DNA of 64,000 bases, from IMG/VR virus record IMGVR_UViG_3300044946_000078, positions 1 to 64,000 of that record, one strand, 5' to 3'. The translations under genes and the position numbers were made by a program. How positions within the stretch are numbered: the stretch's first letter is position 1; each line of letters opens with the position of its first letter. This document shows positions 1 through 8,132 of the stretch, in pieces. The DNA is from a virus. Under the pieces are notes generated by a model, which was given only the letters and a program-made list of their open reading frames with translations, was not told the DNA's origin and did no database searches.

Positions 1-5
1 ACTCA

Positions 6-497
6 TCAATATAATCTATCAACTCGCTCAAGCACACACTTGGGGATGTCTATATCTGGCTCTACATATTGGCGTTCAACGATTTCTATCCAACCAATTG
101 GAAAATCAACCCAATATTTACCGAGTTCTGAGAGATGCCCTATATGTTTATCCTGTATAAGAAGGCCATCCCCAAGAGCCTTTAGAAAATTATCCATGTC
201 GGGAGTAGAGTTATGAACCATCCCGTGCATAGCCTTCCTTTTCTTTTTTGACCAGCTTTTTGGCATTGGAATATAGAACTTAACCGAGGTCCCCTTGGTC
301 GGGAAATTAAATCCTTTAATGGCTGCCTCGGCTTTAATGGCGATCTTATAATTATTATATCGCTCTAATCTGCGTTTCCTTTTTAAACCAGGTGGCCGCA
401 AATCCGCCTCTGGGATACGGAAAAACACCTTATCCCCTTGTGTGGCTCGGACGTTTGTCTGGGGCGTCAGATTCAAAATTATTACCCTTTCTTCCAT
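6..497 (-). CDS. RusA-like Holliday junction resolvase
   Basis: Motifs FYIPMPKSWSKKKR and STPDMDNFLKALGDGL; likely start MEERV at 497 (ORF track starts at 581). Confidence 0.8.
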   Translation of the reverse strand: MEERVIILNLTPQTNVRATQGDKVFFRIPEADLRPPGLKRKRRLERYNNYKIAIKAEAAIKGFNFPTKGTSVKFYIPMPKSWSKKKRKAMHGMVHNSTPDMDNFLKALGDGLLIQDKHIGHLSELGKYWVDFPIGWIEIVERQYVEPDIDIPKCVLERVDRLY

Positions 498-648
498 GCC
501 TATTTCGTTTTTTTTCATTGATTGCAATCTGCAAAAGTAGTCCAACGGCTTCCGAAATTGATCTATTCTCCTTTTCTGCAAATGCAGCTATTTCGGTGTA
601 TATTTCAGGAGAAACAGTCGAGCATACTTGTGGGTTTCTATTCGTCAT
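430..648 (-). CDS. ribbon-helix-helix DNA-binding protein
   Basis: QVCSTVSPEIYTEIAAFAEKENRSISEAVGLLL matches the RHH pattern. Confidence 0.7.
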   Translation of the reverse strand: MTNRNPQVCSTVSPEIYTEIAAFAEKENRSISEAVGLLLQIAINEKKRNRHGRKGNNFESDAPDKRPSHTRG

Positions 649-660
649 AAGTATAGTAAT

Positions 661-1569
661 TTAAGTAATTACTTTAATTCTTTCCATGTGTTCTTGATAG
701 AGGGCGGCCAAATACGTCCTCCCCAATTTTACTTTACTGTAGATCCGACTTATATCCTCATCATTTCGCTCGATAGGAAAGGGAAGCATCCTATGTTCTA
801 TTGGAATATCATCAAATCTGAGATTCTTCTCAAGTTCCTCTAATTTAGCCGAATGTCTATCAATATAAATATCAATCACCCCTAATTTCTTGGCTAACTT
901 GACCTTTTCATCGTTTATAATCTCTTCTGGAACGGAAAGAAGACATTGATCTACTTCCCCTTGCTTGGCCCCTGTTAGGGCAAAATACCCCTGCATTTGC
1001 CAGTAATAGGCTGTCTTCAATTCAGCATCCAGATTGCTAAAAAAAGTCGCTGTGTCATAAGAGTTTTTTATATCTCTGACGAAGTCGGCATTACATGGGT
1101 CGTCTCCCTGGATTATATCCGGCGTTCCGATAATAAATTCGTTTTCTAAGGCGAGTTCATTCTTTTCCAGCCAGATATTTTCAAGGACTGAAACCATATT
1201 AATGGCCTCCTCCTCAACTTCTTTGCCTTTGGCGGTGTATTTATTGAAGCTATCCTTTGAGATAGCCCATTTCCCATACATGATATGGGCATACAGTTCC
1301 TTCAGGTAAGATTTTGCCCCTGAACTGAGGGTATCGAAGTCTTTTTGCGGCTCTAATTCAGCTATTTCGGCCCTAACCTTTTCAATTTTCTCCCTTTTCT
1401 TTGAAATCCGGCCCAAATGAGTAGAGGGTATCGATTCCAATTTGGCTAATTCTTCATCGAGGAGCCGCATGGCGTCTTCATATTTCTCTCGGGGGGACTT
1501 TTCCGAGCCTTCTGACGCCATTACGCGGTATAATTGGCTACAATGTAGTTTTACGTTGCTAAAATCCAT
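661..1569 (-). CDS. YqaJ/lambda-exonuclease-family recombination nuclease
   Basis: KG..VEEEAI, IIGTPD, DIKNS and YYWQMQGY motifs. Confidence 0.85.
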   Translation of the reverse strand: MDFSNVKLHCSQLYRVMASEGSEKSPREKYEDAMRLLDEELAKLESIPSTHLGRISKKREKIEKVRAEIAELEPQKDFDTLSSGAKSYLKELYAHIMYGKWAISKDSFNKYTAKGKEVEEEAINMVSVLENIWLEKNELALENEFIIGTPDIIQGDDPCNADFVRDIKNSYDTATFFSNLDAELKTAYYWQMQGYFALTGAKQGEVDQCLLSVPEEIINDEKVKLAKKLGVIDIYIDRHSAKLEELEKNLRFDDIPIEHRMLPFPIERNDEDISRIYSKVKLGRTYLAALYQEHMERIKVIT

Positions 1570-1570
1570 G

Positions 1571-1900
1571 TTAGTTGCTCTTTTCTAATTGAATAATCTG
1601 TTTTTGCCGCTCAAGATAATAGGATCTTAACTCGGAAGGGACATGATCCCTTAGACGCGCTAGGTCTTTTCTGGTTTTAGCATTTTCGATTCTCCCCCGG
1701 AATCCCTCTGGATCTATTTGAATAATCTGATTTGCGTCAATCTGAGCCTGTTGGATGACCTTTGCGCCTACCCTGGTGACAAGTTCATCATAACAGGCTT
1801 CGGGATCATCGCCGGGCTCTAGTTGGGCTTCCCAGGTTGCTTTTTCCCATTTACCAAGGAGTTCTATAGTTAGAGAGTATGATATGCGGTCAATTTTCAT
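1571..1900 (-). CDS. hypothetical protein next to the exonuclease
   Basis: ORF tightly coupled in the minus-strand operon. Confidence 0.6.
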   Translation of the reverse strand: MKIDRISYSLTIELLGKWEKATWEAQLEPGDDPEACYDELVTRVGAKVIQQAQIDANQIIQIDPEGFRGRIENAKTRKDLARLRDHVPSELRSYYLERQKQIIQLEKSN

Positions 1901-2160
1901 GGCTATTCGGCTTCTATAAGTCCAAAATGTTTTTTTATCTCTTCGAGATCAATCGCATCATAAATTTCTTTCCCGAAATGTTTTAGGACTTCTTCCATCG
2001 TTATTCCAGCAAGGATTGAATCTATATCCGGATCATCAACTGTTACATTTACCCTATAAGTTCCAGATGGCTCTACGGTACAGTTCCTTGCATCAAATTC
2101 TAAGTTCATTAATTTAGTTTTAAGTTAGAGAATAAGATATGCGATCTATTTTCATGGCTA
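1868..2160. repeat. 38-bp imperfect direct repeat (1868-1905 and 2123-2160) flanking ORF 1903-2109
   Basis: 34/38 identical; both copies encode MKIDRISYSLT on the minus strand. Confidence 0.9.
1903..2109 (-). CDS. hypothetical protein (repeat-flanked insertion)
   Basis: 68-aa ORF with AT-rich leader. Confidence 0.65.
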   Translation of the reverse strand: MNLEFDARNCTVEPSGTYRVNVTVDDPDIDSILAGITMEEVLKHFGKEIYDAIDLEEIKKHFGLIEAE

Positions 2161-2511
2161 CTGTCCAGTATTTACAACGCCTTCGGAATATTCAGAGGTA
2201 TCAAATATAGATCCATCCTGGGTTAACCATTGATATATTTTGTTGGCATCAGTAAGCATATCTTCTGTAGATACATTATTGGATCGACTATGCGCCATAC
2301 TAAGCGCCTTTGCTCTATAAGAAACTATATCATTGTTAAATAATTTCTTATAGTGATCTCGATCCTCTTTAAGCTTCTTAACAGCTTCTTCGTTTTGAGA
2401 TAATTCAGTTGGCTTTATTTTATCCCATAAAGCCATAAATTGCTTAATTTCTTCCTTAGAAACATTATCTACATTGAGTGCAAACCCGAATGGTCTAATT
2501 TCTTTTGACAT
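2158..2511 (-). CDS. hypothetical protein
   Basis: ORF in operon; RAKAL..A...A.KIYQWLT helical motif. Confidence 0.65.
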   Translation of the reverse strand: MSKEIRPFGFALNVDNVSKEEIKQFMALWDKIKPTELSQNEEAVKKLKEDRDHYKKLFNNDIVSYRAKALSMAHSRSNNVSTEDMLTDANKIYQWLTQDGSIFDTSEYSEGVVNTGQ

Positions 2512-2523
2512 TATGTTATAGTT

Positions 2524-2793
2524 TTAATTGGTTAAAATTCTGATCTTGGATAGCCATTCATTCGCTTTTTCAAGCTTGTTTTCCTCGTTAAATTCGACCC
2601 AATAGCCGCCATCTAAGTGTAAGACAAGGATTTCATCTACTCCGGCTGAACGAGTACGACCGCCGATATAAAATACTCGTTTAACAAGTGGATGTGAACA
2701 TGCTAACCTCTCTGACATATGATAAGATTCCCCTGTCTTGGCATCTTTAAAATCTAAATCACATTTTTCTATTTTAATGCATGGTTCTGTCAT
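2524..2793 (-). CDS. hypothetical protein
   Basis: ORF with ATGA coupling. Confidence 0.6.
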   Translation of the reverse strand: MTEPCIKIEKCDLDFKDAKTGESYHMSERLACSHPLVKRVFYIGGRTRSAGVDEILVLHLDGGYWVEFNEENKLEKANEWLSKIRILTN

Positions 2794-3014
2794 TGTATTA
2801 TATATCTAATTAGTAATTGAGCGGGCATTTCTCGTAAAAATTCGCCATCCCCTATCTCGAATAAAGGAACCAAGAATACAACAAATTCGTTTTGGGGCCT
2901 AACTGTAGGGTGACGAAGATTAACTGAATAATATAAGCCATCTTTTACAGCATGAGTAAATATTGCTATTGGCTTCTCCTTATATAGGATCTTTTTAATT
3001 TCGTTTAGTTCCAT
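2790..3014 (-). CDS. hypothetical protein
   Basis: ORF in operon. Confidence 0.65.
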   Translation of the reverse strand: MELNEIKKILYKEKPIAIFTHAVKDGLYYSVNLRHPTVRPQNEFVVFLVPLFEIGDGEFLREMPAQLLIRYIIQ

Positions 3015-3020
3015 TGATTA

Positions 3021-3383
3021 TTATGATTTTGTAGAGCCTCGAAGCCCGGTATAAATGGTTTGTTCTGCTGGTTGCTGTTCTTTAGATTGTGATTTTCCAC
3101 CTTCCAGATTTTCTACCAATGTCTTCAATATAGGCCATTGGTCTGAGTTTTGGAACAACTCTTTCAATTGACTTTTGAATCGATTCCACTCGGCAGGACT
3201 TGTTATTAAAAACTGTAGCGTATGAAGTTCGCCAAGTTCATGTGGCTCTATAGAGTGATCCATTAAATCAAAACAATACGCTCCCAGTTCACGAGCAACA
3301 TCTTTTAGCCTATCGTCGAAGTAATAACTTTGTCGCTTAATAAGCTCTGGGTTGAATAATTGGGATTTTTTAACTCGGATCAT
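3021..3383 (-). CDS. hypothetical protein
   Basis: Likely start MIRVKK at 3383; the longer ORF-track start overlaps the next gene. Confidence 0.6.
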   Translation of the reverse strand: MIRVKKSQLFNPELIKRQSYYFDDRLKDVARELGAYCFDLMDHSIEPHELGELHTLQFLITSPAEWNRFKSQLKELFQNSDQWPILKTLVENLEGGKSQSKEQQPAEQTIYTGLRGSTKS

Positions 3384-3780
3384 CTTTAGATTGCTTGTAT
3401 TTAAGGAATAGTTCGCCTGTAGTAAGACGCCCTTCTGGATCATCTCCATATACCCATGAATGCCAATATCCATCCTCCCAATAAGAATAATGACAAGATT
3501 CACTATGAGTCCAATCGGAAAAATCAGTAGCTTCCTCTTGAGACTTGGCATCAATCAACTTATTGAGGGAATCGATATGTGGTTCTAAAATAGAGGGAAC
3601 ATATTCCGGCAATGACTTATTGTAACGTCTTACTACCTCTTCAAAGGATATTTCCTGGTCTCCTATAGCCTCCATGTCTTCTATCCAGGCATTGTTTTTA
3701 TCGGCAGCAATATATAATTCTTCCTTACCTACACATCGGCAGAACCAAGCTAAGAAAGCGGCCATCTTTCTATCTTCCAT
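3370..3780 (-). CDS. hypothetical protein
   Basis: ORF in operon. Confidence 0.6.
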   Translation of the reverse strand: MEDRKMAAFLAWFCRCVGKEELYIAADKNNAWIEDMEAIGDQEISFEEVVRRYNKSLPEYVPSILEPHIDSLNKLIDAKSQEEATDFSDWTHSESCHYSYWEDGYWHSWVYGDDPEGRLTTGELFLKYKQSKDDPS

Positions 3781-4328
3781 TATCTTTTATTTAAATATTT
3801 GAGATAATTCTCGGCATATCTTTGTAAAAAGTCGGGACCAACCCATGTTTCTATTTGACCGGCCTTGTAGGCATAAATAAAACACTTGATCATATCTTCT
3901 TCTGTGTATGGTTTCCCAGCGGCTTTATAGTTGGCAATAATCTGATTTACGACCCCAATATCTGGATCTTTATAAACATGGTACCCTTCACGCTCCAATA
4001 GTTCTTTTGCCGATTTAATCTTGAACTCTTTCGATACTGGCTCAAATTCAACCATGCTGAGAGAGACATAATACCCCATACCACGGAGTAGTTCTTTTGC
4101 TTTAGCTACTTCGTGGTCTTCTTCAGGAAGGAACCAATTGACGTCAAGTACGTCGGCCTCAGTAATACCATATACGATTCTATTCTCCCATATATATTTT
4201 CCATTTTTTTGATGAAAGCACCACTCAGGATAATATCGATTATCATAATCGGGATCTTTTAAAAATTTTGTCCCTGATTTATGCCCCGGGAAGTCCTTTT
4301 GAAGGATATATACCTTACTGTTGCTCAT
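3780..4328 (-). CDS. hypothetical modular protein
   Basis: Internal repeat AKELL..GY.V twice; C-terminal YTEEDM module. Confidence 0.65.
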   Translation of the reverse strand: MSNSKVYILQKDFPGHKSGTKFLKDPDYDNRYYPEWCFHQKNGKYIWENRIVYGITEADVLDVNWFLPEEDHEVAKAKELLRGMGYYVSLSMVEFEPVSKEFKIKSAKELLEREGYHVYKDPDIGVVNQIIANYKAAGKPYTEEDMIKCFIYAYKAGQIETWVGPDFLQRYAENYLKYLNKR

Positions 4329-4566
4329 TGGTATTTGTTTTTAGTTCGCCCATCAATAGATCCTTTAACTCTTGGTATTGGATCTCTGTAAAGTCTTTTT
4401 CGTAAAATGCTTGGATTAATGACTCTTCCTCATATTCACTTGCCGGAATTACAAACACATAATAGTCCGGCATTTTATCTTCCAGATGCTTACGTAATTT
4501 ATCATCTATGACAGACTTACCATTAATCATTGGTATTCTAAATATTACTATTGGCTTACAGTTCAT
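4315..4566 (-). CDS. hypothetical protein
   Basis: ORF in operon. Confidence 0.6.
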   Translation of the reverse strand: MNCKPIVIFRIPMINGKSVIDDKLRKHLEDKMPDYYVFVIPASEYEEESLIQAFYEKDFTEIQYQELKDLLMGELKTNTNEQQ

Positions 4567-4599
4567 TGATAAGTATTTTAAAGGTTTGTGCCGGGGTTG

Positions 4600-4869
4600 T
4601 CATTTCTTTGTTTTTTTGGATTGCGGGACCGGATCAAGAGAGGTAAGCCCATCAGTATGTAATACACTTATTCTATTGATTCCAACATAGTCATGAGGCA
4701 ATGGGATACATTCCGATGCATCAGCTGAGGCTGGCGGCTCTCCCCACCATGTAAGATAGGTTTCAATTACCTCAGAGATCGTCGTGCCAAGTTTTTTTGC
4801 TTTCCTTGCGGCTCTATTATAATATTTATCCGCTATCTTGTAAGAATGGACATTTCTTTTTGCCTTCAT
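4600..4869 (-). CDS. ribbon-helix-helix transcriptional regulator, first gene of the leftward operon
   Basis: VHSYKIADKYYNRAARKAKKLGTTISEVIETYL; directly downstream of a promoter. Confidence 0.65.
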   Translation of the reverse strand: MKAKRNVHSYKIADKYYNRAARKAKKLGTTISEVIETYLTWWGEPPASADASECIPLPHDYVGINRISVLHTDGLTSLDPVPQSKKTKK

Positions 4870-4874
4870 AAAAA

Positions 4875-4922
4875 CAAAAGTAAATTACGTATTGCGTATT
4901 ACCAAATTAATTCTTACCTTTA
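4875..4922. promoter_or_regulatory. overlapping divergent Bacteroidota sigma-A promoters
   Basis: Minus strand: TTTG(4906-4903)-N20-TACTTTTG(4882-4875). Plus strand: TTG(4892-4894)-N20-TACCTTTA(4915-4922). Confidence 0.7.
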
Positions 4923-5010
4923 TTTCACCAACGGTTAGCAGGTTTTATTTAGGGTACAGCAATACAGCCCTGGGCATTTACTCGGGGCTCTCTTTTTTAA
5001 AATCACAACA

Positions 5011-5229
5011 ATGGCTTTTTCTAATAAACAGAGGGACGCACTCATTGCTGAACGAGGACAACCAAAATTACGTTTAGAGTTTGATGTGTTTGAGGATGAA
5101 CGAGTATCTATGTGGACACATTTCGATCATAGTGATGATTTCGGGGCAGTTAAAAACCGCCTTGAAGCAATAAGAGATCATTTAAACGAGTTCTTGCGTG
5201 ATGAAAATATGTGCCCGTTTCACAAATAA
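5011..5229 (+). CDS. hypothetical protein
   Basis: ORF with A-rich leader after the divergent promoter. Confidence 0.65.
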   Translation: MAFSNKQRDALIAERGQPKLRLEFDVFEDERVSMWTHFDHSDDFGAVKNRLEAIRDHLNEFLRDENMCPFHK

Positions 5230-5490
5230 TTGTTGACTATAGATTTTATAATGATGACAAGTAGAGAATATAGATATCGTATGGCCGCAAATTTAACTCG
5301 ATTATTGGATCAACAATGGAGAGAGAGATCGGATTTAATGATTAGAAAAATTTTTGAATCTTTCGCTCAATATAACGCGGCTGCAACAAAAGTGGAAATG
5401 ATCGACGGGCATATCCATGTATCTATCGTTTCGCCACTGGATGTTGATCCACATGATCCGACAATTATTTATCACAGTTGTTCCGAATAA
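5230..5490 (+). CDS. hypothetical protein
   Basis: ORF; start uncertain. Confidence 0.45.
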   Translation: MLTIDFIMMTSREYRYRMAANLTRLLDQQWRERSDLMIRKIFESFAQYNAAATKVEMIDGHIHVSIVSPLDVDPHDPTIIYHSCSE

Positions 5491-5601
5491 ATTCATAAAT
5501 TCGTATCAAGGCCGTGAGCAATTCAGCCCGGCTAAAAACAAAGGCAACTATACCCATTTACACACAGGCATAATTAATTGAAAATGTGGTAGTTGTTGGA
5601 T

Positions 5602-5757
5602 TTAAGGCTTCTTTTCGTCCTTTTTGGTATCCGCGTGCTTTGCGGCGGCTTTCATTACATCAAAAAATGAACCAGTAACCCCTAGTTTGGAATCGTAGTT
5701 TTCCTTTCTGGGCTTCTTTGCTGGTTCTTTTTCTTTGGGGGCTTTAGCCTTCTTCAT
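5602..5757 (-). CDS. small Lys-rich protein (51 aa), tIS passenger
   Basis: Manually translated MKKAKAPKEKEPAKKPRKENYDSKLGVTGSFFDVMKAAAK...; below the ORF-track cutoff. Confidence 0.6.
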   Translation of the reverse strand: MKKAKAPKEKEPAKKPRKENYDSKLGVTGSFFDVMKAAAKHADTKKDEKKP

Positions 5758-5787
5758 GCTATGAAGTTACAATTTTGGAGCGGGATT

Positions 5788-6066
5788 CTATCGCTTTTTC
5801 TTAGCCCTCTTATCAGCTTCGCATTGATTGTAAACAAGGTCAATTACTACCTTGTCATCTACTCCCAATAAGGCCGCGATCCTAAAGGCGTCTTTGAAGG
5901 TGAACCCTTCCGGATTGTCCAGGAGCTTGGATAATGTTTGATGGTGCATACCCAAGTCTTTCGCTAAGACGGTCTTTGGCAAAGTATCGGTAATCTCACG
6001 AAAAGTTTTGATAAACCCGGCTGAGATTAGATTTTTCACCGTTCCGTATCGCTTATCCTTTGACAT
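5788..6066 (-). CDS. Xre/Cro-like HTH regulator, tIS passenger
   Basis: KTVLAKDLGMHHQTLSKLLDNP...DAFRIAALLGV. Confidence 0.8.
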   Translation of the reverse strand: MSKDKRYGTVKNLISAGFIKTFREITDTLPKTVLAKDLGMHHQTLSKLLDNPEGFTFKDAFRIAALLGVDDKVVIDLVYNQCEADKRAKKKR

Positions 6067-6137
6067 TCAGCAAAGAAAAGGGCAAAGTCTTATACAGACG
6101 TATATTAGGTCATACAATTACGGTAATTCCATCTAAT

Positions 6138-6158
6138 TCTGACGTTCATTACGTCAGA
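6138..6158. promoter_or_regulatory. putative operator, TCTGACGT-N5-ACGTCAGA
   Basis: Perfect 8-bp inverted repeat between divergent genes; extra GACGTA half-sites near 6097 and 6163. Confidence 0.55.
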
Positions 6159-6201
6159 TATTGACGTATTCCGGGAAGTATTGCTATATTGGGTGCCATA
6201 A

Positions 6202-6507
6202 ATGGGTGCTATCCCCCGCCGACGCCATATGACACCAATGCTAAGAACCAAAGTCGATATAGTCGATTGCTTTATCGCTGGTGACCCTATCGTTTATGAG
6301 CTTGTTATCTGGGATTACTACGACTATGTTCTATCCTACGTGAATGAATACGTAAAGGACAAGAAAGCGGCCTTTATTATTGTGGGGCTTGTATTCGCCC
6401 AATTGTGGGCACGGCGCAAGACCCTACACCGAGGTACATCTATGCTCGCCCATATCAACCAACAAATAGATAAAACACTAGGACCCAAGACCAACCTTTT
6501 TTATTAG
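6202..6507 (+). CDS. ECF sigma-70 region-2-like protein lacking region 4, tIS passenger
   Basis: AGDPIVYE...YYDYVLSYVNEYVKDKKAAFIIVGLVFAQLWARRKTL resembles the N-terminal half of Bacteroidota ECF sigma factors. Confidence 0.6.
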   Translation: MGAIPRRRHMTPMLRTKVDIVDCFIAGDPIVYELVIWDYYDYVLSYVNEYVKDKKAAFIIVGLVFAQLWARRKTLHRGTSMLAHINQQIDKTLGPKTNLFY

Positions 6508-6531
6508 AAGTCAAGGTTTATTCATTGATTC

Positions 6532-6559
6532 GGGGAGGGTTTCTACCTTCCCCTTTTTT
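6532..6559 (+). terminator. intrinsic terminator
   Basis: GGGGAGG-GTTTCTAC-CTTCCCC followed by a T tract. Confidence 0.75.
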
Positions 6560-6568
6560 ATATGCGAA

Positions 6569-7087
6569 TCAAAAGATATCCTTCACCAATGAAGTCCCCT
6601 CAAGGCTTACTAAATATTCTATTGCTTTTTTAAGCCTTTGTGGTATATTATCACGTAGAACATCCACATCATAGAAATACATTGAATGAAATCCGGTATA
6701 AGAAAAGCCGTGTATTGTAGCTTTAGTAGCCCCATCTAAAACATATTCGCAAGAATCCGAATAATTGAAATAAAGTGTTATGGTCAAACACGGGAATATA
6801 TATCTAGTCTCGGCTGTATTATAATCAATTGAAAGATCAACCTTTTGGACTTTTGCCAGATTAAGGTGATGTTCTTTGTAATTTGTCATGGACTGTGTTG
6901 TTCCGTTATCCGTATGGACAAGATAACCGTCTTGGAAAAAATAGCTATCACTAATGTCTAAATAAGGATGATGGCTAAATTTATCTAAGTAGAATTCTAT
7001 CCATTTTTCGGTATCCGATTTTGTTTGTCCAAAAGAAGTAGAAATAAAGAAGAAAGACATAAGGAATGCCAAATTGAACGCTTTCAT
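6569..7087 (-). CDS. secreted hypothetical protein, tIS passenger
   Basis: Sec signal peptide MKAFNLAFLMSFFFISTSFG followed by Q, typical of Bacteroidota. Confidence 0.75.
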   Translation of the reverse strand: MKAFNLAFLMSFFFISTSFGQTKSDTEKWIEFYLDKFSHHPYLDISDSYFFQDGYLVHTDNGTTQSMTNYKEHHLNLAKVQKVDLSIDYNTAETRYIFPCLTITLYFNYSDSCEYVLDGATKATIHGFSYTGFHSMYFYDVDVLRDNIPQRLKKAIEYLVSLEGTSLVKDIF

Positions 7088-7119
7088 TTTAAAGAGCCTA
7101 AATACCTTAGTCCCCTTAA

Positions 7120-7310
7120 GGTGGTATGCAAAAAAATAGCGTGGGACATTATAGCTCTACCGTAACGAGGTACTGGCATACCCTTCAACCAATAGAACAA
7201 ATAAGCCCACGCCGTAGCGTGAGCGTCCTTTGCCCTCTATCTTGGTTGAATTGAAAAGTGCCAGTTTTCGTTACAAGATCGAAGCTAAAAACGCGCTAAA
7301 TATGTTATGT
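7120..7310 (-). ncRNA. putative structured RNA leader upstream of the secreted-protein gene
   Basis: Nested complementary segments 7162-7169/7267-7274, 7171-7179/7258-7266 and 7184-7192/7242-7250; apical hairpin 7205-7224; U tract at 7130-7136. Confidence 0.65.
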
Positions 7311-7315
7311 CGTGG

Positions 7316-7347
7316 CGAATGTAATTATCCGCTTACGAATCACCAAA
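7316..7347 (-). promoter_or_regulatory. sigma-A promoter driving the structured leader
   Basis: TTTG(7347-7344)-N20-TACATTCG(7323-7316). Confidence 0.7.
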
Positions 7348-7616
7348 GCCTTTTTTATTGTGCAACGCCCCTGGGAAAGAATGTTCTTTCTTTTTTTTGG
7401 ATATTAATTCTACATGCACTTATTTTGTAGCAGTAAAACGGAGGTAAAAAAGAAAGCTGGGTGTCCGCCCAGCTCCTAAATAGAAAAATAAAGTCGGTAA
7501 ACTTAGGGGGTCCACCTAGAAATTCTTTGACCAGCAAGTCATCGAAAAACACCGTAAAATCGGTGGGGGACTCTCTTTTTCCTAACACAAATATAGGGCG
7601 ATGCCCACTAATAACA

Positions 7617-8132
7617 ATGAGTTCCAAGGAAAAAATATTACGAAACATTATCGACCAAATCAGAGAGTGTGAATCTAAGCTCACCCAGCTTAGGAATGCG
7701 CATAGCGCAATGAAGGATCTTCCTGACTATATATTTGAAAGTCAAGGCTCTCAGGGTTCTTTATTTACTAACACGATAATAGATATACCGGTTGAACAAG
7801 AAAGTGTGGAAATTGATCAAAGCCATGGTAGAAATAAGAGGTTGATTTTTAATATTTTAGATGAAAGCAATAAGTCTATAACCCGGAATGAAATTGAAGA
7901 AAGATTCAGAGAAATGATTAAAAGCGATCGAGATGAAAAGAAAACGGTCAATAACGCTCTGTCTGCCTTGGTAAAAGATGGTGACGTAAAAGGCTACAGG
8001 CCCAAAGATATTCCAATTAGGGGCAAATTCTGGAGTCTTTCTCGTTGGTGGTCAGGAGAATATATAAAACAACAGCATAAACCAGACCCAAACGACTACT
8101 TAAATGTAGAAGACGACGAAGAAGACGATTAA
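7617..8132 (+). CDS. coiled-coil plus putative winged-helix protein, tIS passenger
   Basis: Likely start MSSKEK; LIFNILDESNKSITRNEIEERF...TVNNALSALVKDGDV is wHTH-like; acidic tail. Confidence 0.65.
   Translation: MSSKEKILRNIIDQIRECESKLTQLRNAHSAMKDLPDYIFESQGSQGSLFTNTIIDIPVEQESVEIDQSHGRNKRLIFNILDESNKSITRNEIEERFREMIKSDRDEKKTVNNALSALVKDGDVKGYRPKDIPIRGKFWSLSRWWSGEYIKQQHKPDPNDYLNVEDDEEDD

Noticed and set aside
7314-7335. GGCGAATGTA as an alternative left end of the IS1595 element
   Set aside because: Poor match to the right TIR and no TSD; the 5543 end has both
7230-7684. ORFs 7230-7430 (+) and 7355-7684 (-), and the 5' extension of 7461-8132
   Set aside because: Overlap the structured leader and promoter region, have weak starts and non-protein-like composition
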